A stretch of 64,000 bases of DNA from Robiginitalea sp. (GTDB taxonomy: Bacteria; Bacteroidota; Bacteroidia; Flavobacteriales; Flavobacteriaceae), in NCBI GenBank assembly GCA_050289825.1, contig JBNKGM010000006.1:13298-77297 (forward strand), written 5' to 3'. Below are positions 18,323 to 27,998 of this stretch, piece after piece. The translations under genes were made by a program, and so were the position numbers. The notes beneath the pieces are model-generated. The model was given only the letters and a program-made list of their open reading frames with translations, made no database searches and had not been told where the DNA came from. Each line of letters starts with the position of its first letter. The first letter of the stretch is position 1.

Positions 18323-19909
18323 ATGACCTCATTCGACCTCTCCCGGTATGGCATCCGGGTTACCGACGTTCACAGAAACACAGCCGTTCCCGTGCTGTAT
18401 GAAATTGGCCTGCGCAAAGAGGCCGGCACCGCCATTTCAGACACCGGCGCCTTGCTGGTCTATTCCGGCGACAAAACCGGGCGCAGCCCGAAAGACAAAC
18501 GCATTGTCCGGAATCCGGAATCGGAGGCGAATATAGACTGGGGGCCGATCAATATAGGCCTCGATAAACATACTTACCGGGTTAACCACGAGCGGGCCAT
18601 CGACTACCTGAATATCTGCGACCGCCTCTTCGTGGTCGATGCCTTTGCCGGCTGGGACCCTAAATACCGTCTCAAGGTGCGCATCATCTGCACCCGGGCC
18701 TACCATGCCCTCTTTATGCAGAACATGCTCATCATGCCCACAGCCAAAGAACTGGCCGAATTCGGCGAGCCCGATTACGTAATCTTTAACGCCGGCGGTT
18801 TCCCGGCCAACATCTACACTTCCGAGATGACCTCCAAAACCTCTATAGACCTGCACCTGGAACGCAGGGAAGTGGTTATTCTGGGTACCCAGTATGCGGG
18901 TGAGATGAAGAAAGGCATATTCTCCATCATGAATTACCTGATGCCCCTGGAAGGGGTACTTCCCATGCACTGCTCAGCAAACGTGGGGAAATCGGGAGAC
19001 GTAAGCATCCTCTTCGGCCTGTCGGGCACGGGCAAAACCACCCTCAGCGCCGACCCCAAACGGAAGCTGATCGGCGACGACGAACATTGCTGGACCGACG
19101 ATGGCACTTTCAACATCGAAGGCGGCTGTTATGCCAAGGCCATCAACCTTTCGGCTGAGAATGAACCGGATATCTTTAACGCCATCCGCTTTGGTACGGT
19201 TCTCGAAAATGTGGTCTACGACAAAGTATCGCGTCAGGTCGATTACACCGACACCTCCATTACCGAGAATACCAGGGCCTCCTACCCCATCTCCTTTATT
19301 GATAACGTGCAGATGCCCTGTGTGGCCGGGCACCCGAAAAATATCATCTTCCTCACGGCAGACGCTTTCGGTGTGCTTCCCCCAGTGAGCAAGCTCACCC
19401 CAGAACAGGCCAGCTACCACTTCATATCCGGATATACGGCCAAGGTGGCCGGTACCGAGATGGGGGTAACCGAGCCCCAGGCCACCTTCAGTGCCTGTTT
19501 CGGGGCCGCCTTTATGATGTGGCACCCGAACAAGTATGCCGAACTCCTGGCCGAAAAGATCAAAAAACATGAGGTTACTGCCTGGCTGGTGAACACCGGT
19601 TGGACCGGTGGTTCCTACGGGGTGGGATCGCGTATTAAACTGAAGTATACGCGTGCCATGATCGACGCCATCCACGGAGGCGATTTCGAGGGCGTGAAGT
19701 TTTCCCGCGATGAGGCCTTTGGTTTCCAGATCCCGGAAGCCTGTCCGGGCGTGCCCCCGGCCCTGCTGATCCCTAAAAATACCTGGGATGACAAAAAGGC
19801 CTACGACACCACCAAAGCCAAGCTCATTGCCTTGTTCAACCAAAATTTCAAAAAGTACGCAGCCGGGGTCAATGTAGAAATCAGCGCTGCCGGCCCCAGG
19901 GAAAGCTAA
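18323..19909 (+). CDS. pckA: Phosphoenolpyruvate carboxykinase (ATP)
   Basis: KTGRSPKDK, YAGEMKKG, GLSGTGKTTLS, LIGDDEH and NIEGGCYAK motifs. Confidence 0.96.
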   Translation: MTSFDLSRYGIRVTDVHRNTAVPVLYEIGLRKEAGTAISDTGALLVYSGDKTGRSPKDKRIVRNPESEANIDWGPINIGLDKHTYRVNHERAIDYLNICDRLFVVDAFAGWDPKYRLKVRIICTRAYHALFMQNMLIMPTAKELAEFGEPDYVIFNAGGFPANIYTSEMTSKTSIDLHLERREVVILGTQYAGEMKKGIFSIMNYLMPLEGVLPMHCSANVGKSGDVSILFGLSGTGKTTLSADPKRKLIGDDEHCWTDDGTFNIEGGCYAKAINLSAENEPDIFNAIRFGTVLENVVYDKVSRQVDYTDTSITENTRASYPISFIDNVQMPCVAGHPKNIIFLTADAFGVLPPVSKLTPEQASYHFISGYTAKVAGTEMGVTEPQATFSACFGAAFMMWHPNKYAELLAEKIKKHEVTAWLVNTGWTGGSYGVGSRIKLKYTRAMIDAIHGGDFEGVKFSRDEAFGFQIPEACPGVPPALLIPKNTWDDKKAYDTTKAKLIALFNQNFKKYAAGVNVEISAAGPRES

Positions 19910-19915
19910 CCGGCC

Positions 19916-20758
19916 CTATTCGGGTTCTTTGTGCAGTTCGGCCCGGTCTGCAAACCGGATGATGCGGATATTCGGCTGGCTGTACAGGTAGGTGCGCGAC
20001 CCACCGGAAAGGTCAAGCTCCAGTTCGGAATCGGCGCGGAGGCGGCCCACGGCCGAAGCCTCCAGCTGTGCCCGCAGCCGGGTAGCCACCAGGCCCTCGG
20101 CTTTCAGGTTCCCGTAATCGGTTAGTTTTACGCTGGCCGATGCACTTACCCCTTCAAGCACCAGGGAGGCATGCCCGCTCAATTCCAGGTCCATGCCCTG
20201 ATTTGCCGTATACACACTGGCATCTGCCTGGTCGCCCATTTCAAGGTGCAGGGAGTCTGCCTCCACATTCAGGTCGGCCCGGCTGTTTCCCTCCATGTGC
20301 AGGTTTAGCAGGGAAGCCTGCAACCGCAGTTGCAGCCTGGCCGCATCGGTGGCGGTAACCTTTAAGAGATCGCTCTTTACTAGTTCGTCAGAAACCAGAG
20401 ACCCTGCTTCCGCATGTACGGCGTTGAGCTCCCGGTAACGGACCGTGATAGCCAGTTTCCTGCTGCCGGTAATGGCGTAAAACGAGGCAATGGTAAGGGT
20501 GTTGTCTGCCACCTCGAAACGAAGTACGTCAACCAGGTTGTCGTCTATTTCCAGGTCATACCCTTCGGTGTCGCCTTGTTTCAGGTGCACTTCCAGGTCG
20601 TCGGAGAGGCGCAGGCTACTGAAAGGGGGCAGGTTTTGCGAAACTTCGGTTACCTGGCGGTTTCCCTTGATTTTCGGCTTGCGCTGCCCCTGTGCCACCG
20701 GGCCCAAAAGCAATAGGGCGGTGAACAGCAGCATCCAGCCCGGGTTCAGAGACTTCAT
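19916..20758 (-). CDS. DUF2807 / GIN-domain beta-helix exported protein
   Basis: Signal peptide, KIKGNRQVTE...F and repetitive beta-solenoid pattern. Confidence 0.8.
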   Translation of the reverse strand: MKSLNPGWMLLFTALLLLGPVAQGQRKPKIKGNRQVTEVSQNLPPFSSLRLSDDLEVHLKQGDTEGYDLEIDDNLVDVLRFEVADNTLTIASFYAITGSRKLAITVRYRELNAVHAEAGSLVSDELVKSDLLKVTATDAARLQLRLQASLLNLHMEGNSRADLNVEADSLHLEMGDQADASVYTANQGMDLELSGHASLVLEGVSASASVKLTDYGNLKAEGLVATRLRAQLEASAVGRLRADSELELDLSGGSRTYLYSQPNIRIIRFADRAELHKEPE

Positions 20759-20815
20759 ACAATTCCGGTTTTGGTTTCCTAAAGATATTACAATTCCGCA
20801 GAACCCGCTCCAAAC

Positions 20816-20841
20816 AAAAAGCCCGTCAAATGACGGGCTTT
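20816..20841 (-). terminator. Intrinsic terminator of the act-cta operon
   Basis: Stem GCCCGTCA/TGACGGGC with TTTTTG tail on the minus strand. Confidence 0.8.
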
Positions 20842-20854
20842 GCTGGATTGGCTG

Positions 20855-22678
20855 TTAGTGTTGCAGCTCCTCTTCGTTGGGCTGCAAGGGTACGTTTTGC
20901 GGGACGAAATCCTGGCCGGGGATAATATACTCCCCGTTTTCGTAGGTCTTGCTGTAATCGTAAGACCAGCGGTGTACCTCAGGGATAGCGCCGGGCCAGT
21001 TGCCATGCATGTGTTCCTGGGGGGCCGTCCACTCCAGGGTGGTGGCATTCCAGGGGTTCTGCGGGCCGCGCACCCCATAGAAGATGCTCCGGATAAAGTT
21101 ATAGAGGAAAATCAGCTGGGCCCCGGCGGTAATGATCGCAAAAACGGTCATCAGCACCTGTATGTCGACCAGTTCGTCAAACATGGGGAAAGCCGTGTTC
21201 TGGTAATAACGGCGGGGCACCCCGGCCATGCCGATAAAGTGCATCGGGAAAAACACCCCGTAGGAGCCTATGGCGGTGATCCAGAAATGCACAAACCCAA
21301 GGTTCTTGCTCATCATACGGCCCTGGAACATTTTCGGGAACCAGTGGTATACCCCGGCAAACAGGCCGTAGAGCGCAGAGATACCCATTACCAGGTGGAA
21401 GTGGGCCACTACGAAATAGGTGTCGTGCACGTTGATGTCGAGGGTGCTGTCGCCCAGGATAATCCCGGTAAGGCCCCCTGTAATGAAGGTCGAAACCATG
21501 CCGATGGAAAAGAGCATGCCCGGGTTGAGCTGCAGGTTTCCTTTCCACAGGGTGGTAATCCAGTTAAACGCTTTAACCGCCGACGGAATGGCGATCAGCA
21601 GGGTGGTAAAGGTGAAAACCGAGCCCAAGAACGGGTTCATGCCCGAAATGAACATGTGGTGCCCCCATACGATGGTCGATAAAAAGGCGATGGCCAAAAT
21701 GGAGGCGATCATGGCGCGGTAACCGAAGATGGGCTTGCGCGCATTAACCGACATCACCTCAGAAACAATACCCATAGCCGGCAGGATTACGATGTAAACC
21801 TCCGGGTGGCCGAGGAACCAGAACAGGTGCTCGTAGAGTACGGGCGATCCTCCCTGGTAGTGCAGTACTTCGCCCTGGATAAAGATATCAGACAGGAAGA
21901 AGGAGGTGCCGAAGCTGCGGTCCATGAGCAGCAGCAGGGCAGCCGAAAGGAGTACGGGGAACGAAATTACCCCGATAACAGCTGTTACGAAAAAGGCCCA
22001 GATGGTCAGCGGCAGGCGGGTCATCGACATGCCTTTGGTACGCAGGTTCAGTACGGTAACAATGTAGTTGAGCGAACCCAGCAGGGACGATGCGATGAAG
22101 ATGGCCATGGAAACCAGCCAAAGGGTCATCCCCATGCCCGAACCGGCCTGTGCCATGGGCAGGGCGCTAAGGGGCGGGTATATCGTCCATCCGGCTGAGG
22201 CAGGACCGGCTTCCACAAAGAGGGAAATGGTCATGATCACGCTCGAGATAAAGAACATCCAGTACGAGAGCATGTTCAAAAAGCCCGATGCCATGTCGCG
22301 TGCCCCGATCTGCAACGGAATAAGCAGGTTGCTGAAGGTACCGCTAAGGCCGGCAGTAAGCACAAAGAATACCATGATGGTCCCGTGGATGGTCACCAAC
22401 GCCAGGTAGATGTCGGCGTCCATAACCCCTTCGGGGGCCCATTTGCCGAGCAGCGCCTGGAAAATGGGGAAGGACTCTCCCGGCCAGGCCAGTTGCATCC
22501 GGAACATGAGCGACATCGCAATCCCGATGGTCCCCATGATGAGGCCGGTAATCAGGTATTGCTTGGAGATCATTTTATGATCCTGGCTGAATATGTATTT
22601 GGTAACAAAGGTCTCTTTGTGGTGATGGCCGTGATCGTGGGCGTGATCGTCGGCGATGGCATGTGCATGTCCTGACAT
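20855..22678 (-). CDS. ctaD: Cytochrome c oxidase (aa3, A-family) subunit I
   Basis: HLFWFLGHPEVY, WGHHMF, VAHFH; His-rich N-terminus. Confidence 0.97.
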   Translation of the reverse strand: MSGHAHAIADDHAHDHGHHHKETFVTKYIFSQDHKMISKQYLITGLIMGTIGIAMSLMFRMQLAWPGESFPIFQALLGKWAPEGVMDADIYLALVTIHGTIMVFFVLTAGLSGTFSNLLIPLQIGARDMASGFLNMLSYWMFFISSVIMTISLFVEAGPASAGWTIYPPLSALPMAQAGSGMGMTLWLVSMAIFIASSLLGSLNYIVTVLNLRTKGMSMTRLPLTIWAFFVTAVIGVISFPVLLSAALLLLMDRSFGTSFFLSDIFIQGEVLHYQGGSPVLYEHLFWFLGHPEVYIVILPAMGIVSEVMSVNARKPIFGYRAMIASILAIAFLSTIVWGHHMFISGMNPFLGSVFTFTTLLIAIPSAVKAFNWITTLWKGNLQLNPGMLFSIGMVSTFITGGLTGIILGDSTLDINVHDTYFVVAHFHLVMGISALYGLFAGVYHWFPKMFQGRMMSKNLGFVHFWITAIGSYGVFFPMHFIGMAGVPRRYYQNTAFPMFDELVDIQVLMTVFAIITAGAQLIFLYNFIRSIFYGVRGPQNPWNATTLEWTAPQEHMHGNWPGAIPEVHRWSYDYSKTYENGEYIIPGQDFVPQNVPLQPNEEELQH

Positions 22679-22714
22679 AGTCCTTTTTTTTAAATCTCCT
22701 TGTTAGGTGTTTGG

Positions 22715-23782
22715 TTACTCGGCACCGGCCGACATCATTTGCCCGAAGGTTTGCTGGGTAGCCAGCCAGCTCCGGTATTCATCTTCCGTTTCCACAATGA
22801 TTTTCATCTGCATATTGTAGTGCGACTTGCCGCAAATCTTGTTGCAAAGCAGCAGGTAATCGAACTCCCAGGGGTCGTTATTGGGCTCTCCGGCAGCCGC
22901 GCGCTGGGCACGCAGGGCATTGGTGCGCTCTACCTTGGCGATAATATCGGGGTTCTGGCGCATCTCTGCGGTCGTAACCGTCGGGGTGAAGGAGAATTGG
23001 GTGATCATCCCCGGCACGCAGTTCATCTGTGCCCGGAAATGGGGCATAAAGGCCGAGTGCAGTACGTCTTGCGAACGCATCCTGAAATTTACTTTCCGGC
23101 CCACAGGCAGGTGCAGTTCCTTCACGATAATATCGTCTCCAGAGTTCGGGTCGGATTCATCCAGGCCGAGTACATTGGCCCTGTCGATGTCGATCATCCG
23201 AACGTTGGCATCGCCCAGTACGTTGTCGGCCCCGGCATAGCGCGCAGTCCAGTTAAACTGTTGGGCGTAGAGCTCCACCACAAGCGGATCGTCTTCGTCG
23301 TTGATGTCCATGATGTTGGTCCAGGTATACAGCCCCCAGAGGATGAGGCCGGCCAGGACAATTACCGGGATGATGGTCCAGATAAATTCCAGGCGGTCGT
23401 TATCGGCAAAGAACAACGCCTTTCCACCGTCCTTTCCGCGGTATTTGAAGGCGAAGTAGTGCAACAGGGCCTGGGTAAGGATCTGTACGATAAAAATAAT
23501 CACAAAGCTCCACAAGAGGAGGGAATCGTACTCGCCCCCATGGGCACTGGCCGCTTCGGGGAGCAGGAATTTGCCGTACTTGGCAAAGCTGAAGATAGTA
23601 ATCCCGTAAATGAATACGAGAAAGGCGAACATCAGGTAGCCGTTGTACTTGTTATCCTCTTCATTGGCTATTTCCGAACGTCCTGCCTTAGCCTTGATTT
23701 GCGACAATTCGAAGATCTTGGTCATCTGCCAGATGGCGATGGCTACCAGGACTAAAACAGTGATCGTCATTAATGCTGTCAT
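22715..23782 (-). CDS. ctaC: Cytochrome c oxidase subunit II
   Basis: LEFIWTIIP, DVLHS and CuA motif CNKICGKSHYNM. Confidence 0.95.
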   Translation of the reverse strand: MTALMTITVLVLVAIAIWQMTKIFELSQIKAKAGRSEIANEEDNKYNGYLMFAFLVFIYGITIFSFAKYGKFLLPEAASAHGGEYDSLLLWSFVIIFIVQILTQALLHYFAFKYRGKDGGKALFFADNDRLEFIWTIIPVIVLAGLILWGLYTWTNIMDINDEDDPLVVELYAQQFNWTARYAGADNVLGDANVRMIDIDRANVLGLDESDPNSGDDIIVKELHLPVGRKVNFRMRSQDVLHSAFMPHFRAQMNCVPGMITQFSFTPTVTTAEMRQNPDIIAKVERTNALRAQRAAAGEPNNDPWEFDYLLLCNKICGKSHYNMQMKIIVETEDEYRSWLATQQTFGQMMSAGAE

Positions 23783-23815
23783 TGTTGGATCAGATATAAT
23801 TGGCTAATTCTATTT

Positions 23816-25138
23816 CTAATAGTGAAACTGTCGGCTCTCTTCTACAAAAGGGTTCCGAGTGGGCTGCAACGGCGCCTTGGTCAGGGCACGGAACACCCAG
23901 AAAATAAAGGCTCCTGCAAAAAAGAGGATGCCTCCGATCTCAGGGATGCCGATGTACCACTGGTCTCCGACAGTCGCCGGGGTAATCATCATGTATACGT
24001 CGAGGTAGTGCCCCAAAAGCACAACAATACCGGTCATGACCACAAACCAGTTTACCCGCTTGTAGTCGCTGTTCATCAGCACCAACAAGGGGAAAATAAA
24101 GTTCATTACCAGCAGGGTAAAGAACGGCAGCTTGAAGCCTTCGATCCGGGTAACGAAATAGGTTACCTCTTCGGGGATGTCGGCATACCAGATAAGCATG
24201 AACTGGCTAAACCACAGGTAGGTCCAGAATATGCTGATCCCGAACATGAATTTGGCCAGGTCGTGGATGTGGCTGTTGTTCACATCTGGCAGGTAGCCTT
24301 TCGACTTCAGGTAAATGGTAACCATGGCGATGGTGGTAATACCCGACACGAACATGCTGGCAAACACATACCAGCCGAACAGGGTGCTGAACCAGTGCGG
24401 GTCTACGCTCATGATCCAGTCCCAAGACATCATCGATTCGGTAACCAGGTAAAATACCAGGAAAGCCGCGGACCATTTGAAATTCTTCTTGAAGTTCGAG
24501 TTGTTGTCAGAGGAGTCCTGCGCCAGGGAAAGCCTCCGGGAAATTTCGCGGTAGCCGATCCAACCGCCCAGGAAAATGGCGGCCCGCACCAAAAAGAATA
24601 CCGGGTTCAGATAACCGGCCTTGTTCTGCAGCAATTCATCGTGGGCCACGGTTTCAGGGTCCATCCAGACAAAGAGGTGGTTCATGTGCATGACTGAGAG
24701 CACCAGAATCACAAAGACGATAATGCCTCCGGGTACGAGGTAGGCGGTAATGGCTTCCATCACGCGGAACAGCAGGGGCGACCAGCCTGCCTGGGCGGCC
24801 CGCTGAATAGCGTAAAAGGCCAGGGTGCCAAGCGACAACATGAAAAAGAAGAAAGCGGCGATATAGACGGCTGCCCAGGGACGGTTCTGCAATTGGTGCA
24901 GCAGGTGCACATCGTGCTCTGATTCGTGGGCCTGGTCTGCATGGGCCGCAGGTTCGTGCGCTGCAGCGGCAGCGGCCTCCCCGTGTCCTCCGCCATGCCC
25001 GTCTTCCTGGGCGGCTACCAGGGCCTTGGCCTCATCTACCGTAGAGGGAGCAGAGACGAATCCAATTCCCATCCCCAACAACCCGAGGGCCATCAAGATC
25101 AGGGATCCTATCTTTAGTTTGTTCGAGAAGGTATACAT
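23816..25138 (-). CDS. actF: Alternative complex III subunit F
   Basis: Multi-TM protein with WIMSVDPHWFSTLFGW and WFSQFMLIWYADIPEE motifs; position in the act operon. Confidence 0.9.
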   Translation of the reverse strand: MYTFSNKLKIGSLILMALGLLGMGIGFVSAPSTVDEAKALVAAQEDGHGGGHGEAAAAAAHEPAAHADQAHESEHDVHLLHQLQNRPWAAVYIAAFFFFMLSLGTLAFYAIQRAAQAGWSPLLFRVMEAITAYLVPGGIIVFVILVLSVMHMNHLFVWMDPETVAHDELLQNKAGYLNPVFFLVRAAIFLGGWIGYREISRRLSLAQDSSDNNSNFKKNFKWSAAFLVFYLVTESMMSWDWIMSVDPHWFSTLFGWYVFASMFVSGITTIAMVTIYLKSKGYLPDVNNSHIHDLAKFMFGISIFWTYLWFSQFMLIWYADIPEEVTYFVTRIEGFKLPFFTLLVMNFIFPLLVLMNSDYKRVNWFVVMTGIVVLLGHYLDVYMMITPATVGDQWYIGIPEIGGILFFAGAFIFWVFRALTKAPLQPTRNPFVEESRQFHY

Positions 25139-25151
25139 CTGCAATGCGCTG

Positions 25152-25715
25152 TTATTTTGTTAGGTCTGCTTTGAGTTTCATGACGTATTCGGCCACCTGC
25201 CAACGCTCGGTTTCGTTGAGCTGGTTGGCGTAGGAGCCCATGGCGTTCTGCCCGTAGTAGATCACGTGGTAGGTGCTCCCCACACTGATGTTTCGTCCGG
25301 CATCGGCATAGGTTGGAACCCCGAGAATCTTCTCGCGTTTTACCAGGTTGCCCTGCCCGTCGCCCCGGTTTCCGTGGCATATGGCGCAATAGATGCCGTA
25401 CAGCTCTCCGCCCCTGGCCAGGTTTTCATCCATGGCGAGGGAGTCGAGGGGGCTGCTCATGCCCCGCGATAATTCCTTGCCTTCAGGGGTGTTTTCGAAG
25501 CGGTAAGGCTTCTTGCCACGGGCAATGGTGTTGTCGGCAGGCAGCATAGCCGAGGAGCCTTCGGGAAGCCATTCGACCTTCTGATAGGTTTCATAGCTTA
25601 CCGGCTCGTACATATTGGGCATATACTGGTAATTGGGCTGAGCGTTGTCCTGGCAGGACGACAACCCAAGCACGGCGGCGCCGATAAATGCGATAACAAG
25701 CGATTTCTTCATCAT
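25152..25715 (-). CDS. actE: Alternative complex III subunit E (monoheme cytochrome c lipoprotein)
   Basis: Lipobox LSSC, CAICH heme motif, YQYMPNMY. Confidence 0.9.
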   Translation of the reverse strand: MMKKSLVIAFIGAAVLGLSSCQDNAQPNYQYMPNMYEPVSYETYQKVEWLPEGSSAMLPADNTIARGKKPYRFENTPEGKELSRGMSSPLDSLAMDENLARGGELYGIYCAICHGNRGDGQGNLVKREKILGVPTYADAGRNISVGSTYHVIYYGQNAMGSYANQLNETERWQVAEYVMKLKADLTK

Positions 25716-25721
25716 TCCCTA

Positions 25722-26243
25722 TTACTTTTCTACGGTGTTGATTTCCACGGCGCCTGTCTCCCGGAGCAGGGCAGTCAGGTCTGAGGCGTCTCCGTGTACT
25801 TCAATTTCCATGATAAAATGATCGTCGGTGCTGCGCACATCGGGGTTTTCGGCCTTCTTAAAGGGCCATAACCGGCTGCGCAGGTAAAAGGTGATCACCA
25901 TAAGGTGGGCAGCAAAAAACACCGTCATTTCGAACATGACCGGCACAAAAGCAGGCATGTTGGCGATGTAGCTGAAACTGGGCTTGCCCCCGATGTCTTG
26001 CGGCCAGTCTTTGATCATGATGAAGTTCATCATCACGATGGCTACCGTAAGGCCTGTAAGACCGTACAGGAAAGAGGTGATGGCAATGCGCGTAGGCGCC
26101 AGCCCCATGGCCTTGTCGAGCCCGTGAACCGGGAAGGGGCAATACACTTCCTCGATATGATGCTTGGCGGCTTTCACCTTCTTGACTGCGTGCATGAGCA
26201 CGTCGTCGTCGTCGTAAAATGCCCGAATAACTTTAGATGCCAT
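25722..26243 (-). CDS. actD: Alternative complex III subunit D (DUF3341)
   Basis: PFPVHGLDKAMG, DWPQDIGGKP and PVMFEMTVFFAAH motifs. Confidence 0.92.
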   Translation of the reverse strand: MASKVIRAFYDDDDVLMHAVKKVKAAKHHIEEVYCPFPVHGLDKAMGLAPTRIAITSFLYGLTGLTVAIVMMNFIMIKDWPQDIGGKPSFSYIANMPAFVPVMFEMTVFFAAHLMVITFYLRSRLWPFKKAENPDVRSTDDHFIMEIEVHGDASDLTALLRETGAVEINTVEK

Positions 26244-26248
26244 CTCTG

Positions 26249-27970
26249 TTATTTATTATCGTTTAAACGTTTTGCCTGGCCAGCCCAATCGTCGCGTTGG
26301 GCCCTGCCCGGGAAGGAACCGGTAATGGAGTCGAGCAGGTCGTACTCCCGCTGGGTCATACGGCTTACCTGGGCAAACGTGAATATTCCCAATTGGTTCA
26401 GTGCCTTTTCCATCTGCGGACCGATGCCTTTTACCTTTTTAAGGTCGTCGGCTTTCTGGGTGGCAGCGTCGAAGGTGCCCAGGGTTTCGAGCAGGCTGCT
26501 TACCTGTGCTTGCTTGTCTGCCGGTGCAGGCGATTCTTTTTTGGCTGCTTTCGGGGCGGCTGTGGCGTGAACCTGGTAAAGCGGTTTGCCGGCGTCGCGC
26601 AATTTCTTGAAGCGCTCGCCCGAAGACTTCAGGATCGATTTCACCTCGGCCTGGGCAATAACCGGGAAGGTACGCGCATAGAGCAGGAAGAGGACGAAGA
26701 AAAACCCGATGGTACCGATAAAGATCCCGATATCCACAAAGGTGGGCGAGAACATGGTCCATGACGAAGGCAGGTAGTCGCGGTGCAGGGAGGTGACGAT
26801 GATCACGAAACGCTCGAACCACATCCCCACGTTCACTACGATTGAGATAATGAAAGACACCAGGATGCTGGTGCGCACCTTTTTGAACCACATAACCTGG
26901 GGAGAGACCACGTTACAGGTCATCATCAGGGTATAGGCCCACCAGTAAGGCCCGGTGGCTCGGTTCAGGAAGGCGTACTGCTCGTATTCCACCCCGGAGT
27001 ACCAGGCAATGAACAGCTCAGTGATATAGGCGCAGCCCACAATAGAACCGGTAATCATGATTACAATGTTCATCAGCTCGATGTGCTGCACGGTAATATA
27101 GGCTTCCAGGTGGCTCACCTTCCGCATGATGATCAGCAGGGTCTGCACCATGGCAAAGCCCGAGAAGATCGCCCCGGCAACAAAGTAGGGCGGGAAGATG
27201 GTGGTGTGCCAGCCCGGGATTACCGAAGTGGCAAAGTCGAAGGATACGATGGTGTGAACCGAAAGTACCAGGGGGGTGGCCAAACCGGCCAGGACCAGCG
27301 ATACTTCCTCGAACCGCTGCCAGTCTTTGGCCCGGCCTGTCCAGCCGAAGCTCACCAGACTGTAGATCTTTTTCTGGAAGGGTTTAACGGCCCGGTCGCG
27401 GATCATGGCGAAATCGGGCAACAGCCCCGTCCACCAGAACACCAGCGATACAGAGAGGTAGGTCGAGATGGCAAACACGTCCCAAAGCAGGGGGGAGTTG
27501 AAGTTCACCCAGAGGGAACCAAACTGGTTCGGGATGGGGAGCACCCAATACCCGAGCCAGGGGCGACCCATGTGGATGATCGGAAAAAGCCCTGCCTGAA
27601 CAACCGAAAAGATGGTCATGGCCTCGGCCGAGCGGTTTACGGCCATTCTCCATTTCTGGCGGAACAGCAACAGTACGGCAGAGATCAGGGTCCCGGCGTG
27701 CCCGATACCCACCCACCAGACGAAGTTGGTGATGTCCCAAGCCCAGTTGACGGTTTTGTTCAGACCCCAGGTACCGATCCCGGTCGAAATCGTATAGATG
27801 ATACAGCCGATGCCCCAAAGAAAAGCGGCCAGGGCTATGGAAAAGACTATCCACCACTGCTTGTTGGCCCTCCCCTCTACCGGGGCGGCGATGTCCACGG
27901 AAACATCGTGGTAGCCCTTATCGCCCAGAACCAGGGGTTTGCGTATCGGTGCTTCGTAATGCGACGCCAT
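26249..27970 (-). CDS. actC: Alternative complex III subunit C (NrfD/PsrC family) with an extra C-terminal helix-hairpin-helix domain
   Basis: WDITNFVWWVGIGHAGTLISA and LVLSVHTIVSFDFA motifs, plus a C-terminal DDLKKVKGIGPQMEKALNQLGI segment. Confidence 0.93.
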   Translation of the reverse strand: MASHYEAPIRKPLVLGDKGYHDVSVDIAAPVEGRANKQWWIVFSIALAAFLWGIGCIIYTISTGIGTWGLNKTVNWAWDITNFVWWVGIGHAGTLISAVLLLFRQKWRMAVNRSAEAMTIFSVVQAGLFPIIHMGRPWLGYWVLPIPNQFGSLWVNFNSPLLWDVFAISTYLSVSLVFWWTGLLPDFAMIRDRAVKPFQKKIYSLVSFGWTGRAKDWQRFEEVSLVLAGLATPLVLSVHTIVSFDFATSVIPGWHTTIFPPYFVAGAIFSGFAMVQTLLIIMRKVSHLEAYITVQHIELMNIVIMITGSIVGCAYITELFIAWYSGVEYEQYAFLNRATGPYWWAYTLMMTCNVVSPQVMWFKKVRTSILVSFIISIVVNVGMWFERFVIIVTSLHRDYLPSSWTMFSPTFVDIGIFIGTIGFFFVLFLLYARTFPVIAQAEVKSILKSSGERFKKLRDAGKPLYQVHATAAPKAAKKESPAPADKQAQVSSLLETLGTFDAATQKADDLKKVKGIGPQMEKALNQLGIFTFAQVSRMTQREYDLLDSITGSFPGRAQRDDWAGQAKRLNDNK

Positions 27971-27998
27971 AGAATCTCTTTTTACTTACTGTAATTGG

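Noticed and set aside
22681-22700. Shine-Dalgarno-like AGGAG and AAGGA before ctaD
   Set aside because: Spacers of 17 and 2 nt are outside the functional range, so this is probably incidental.
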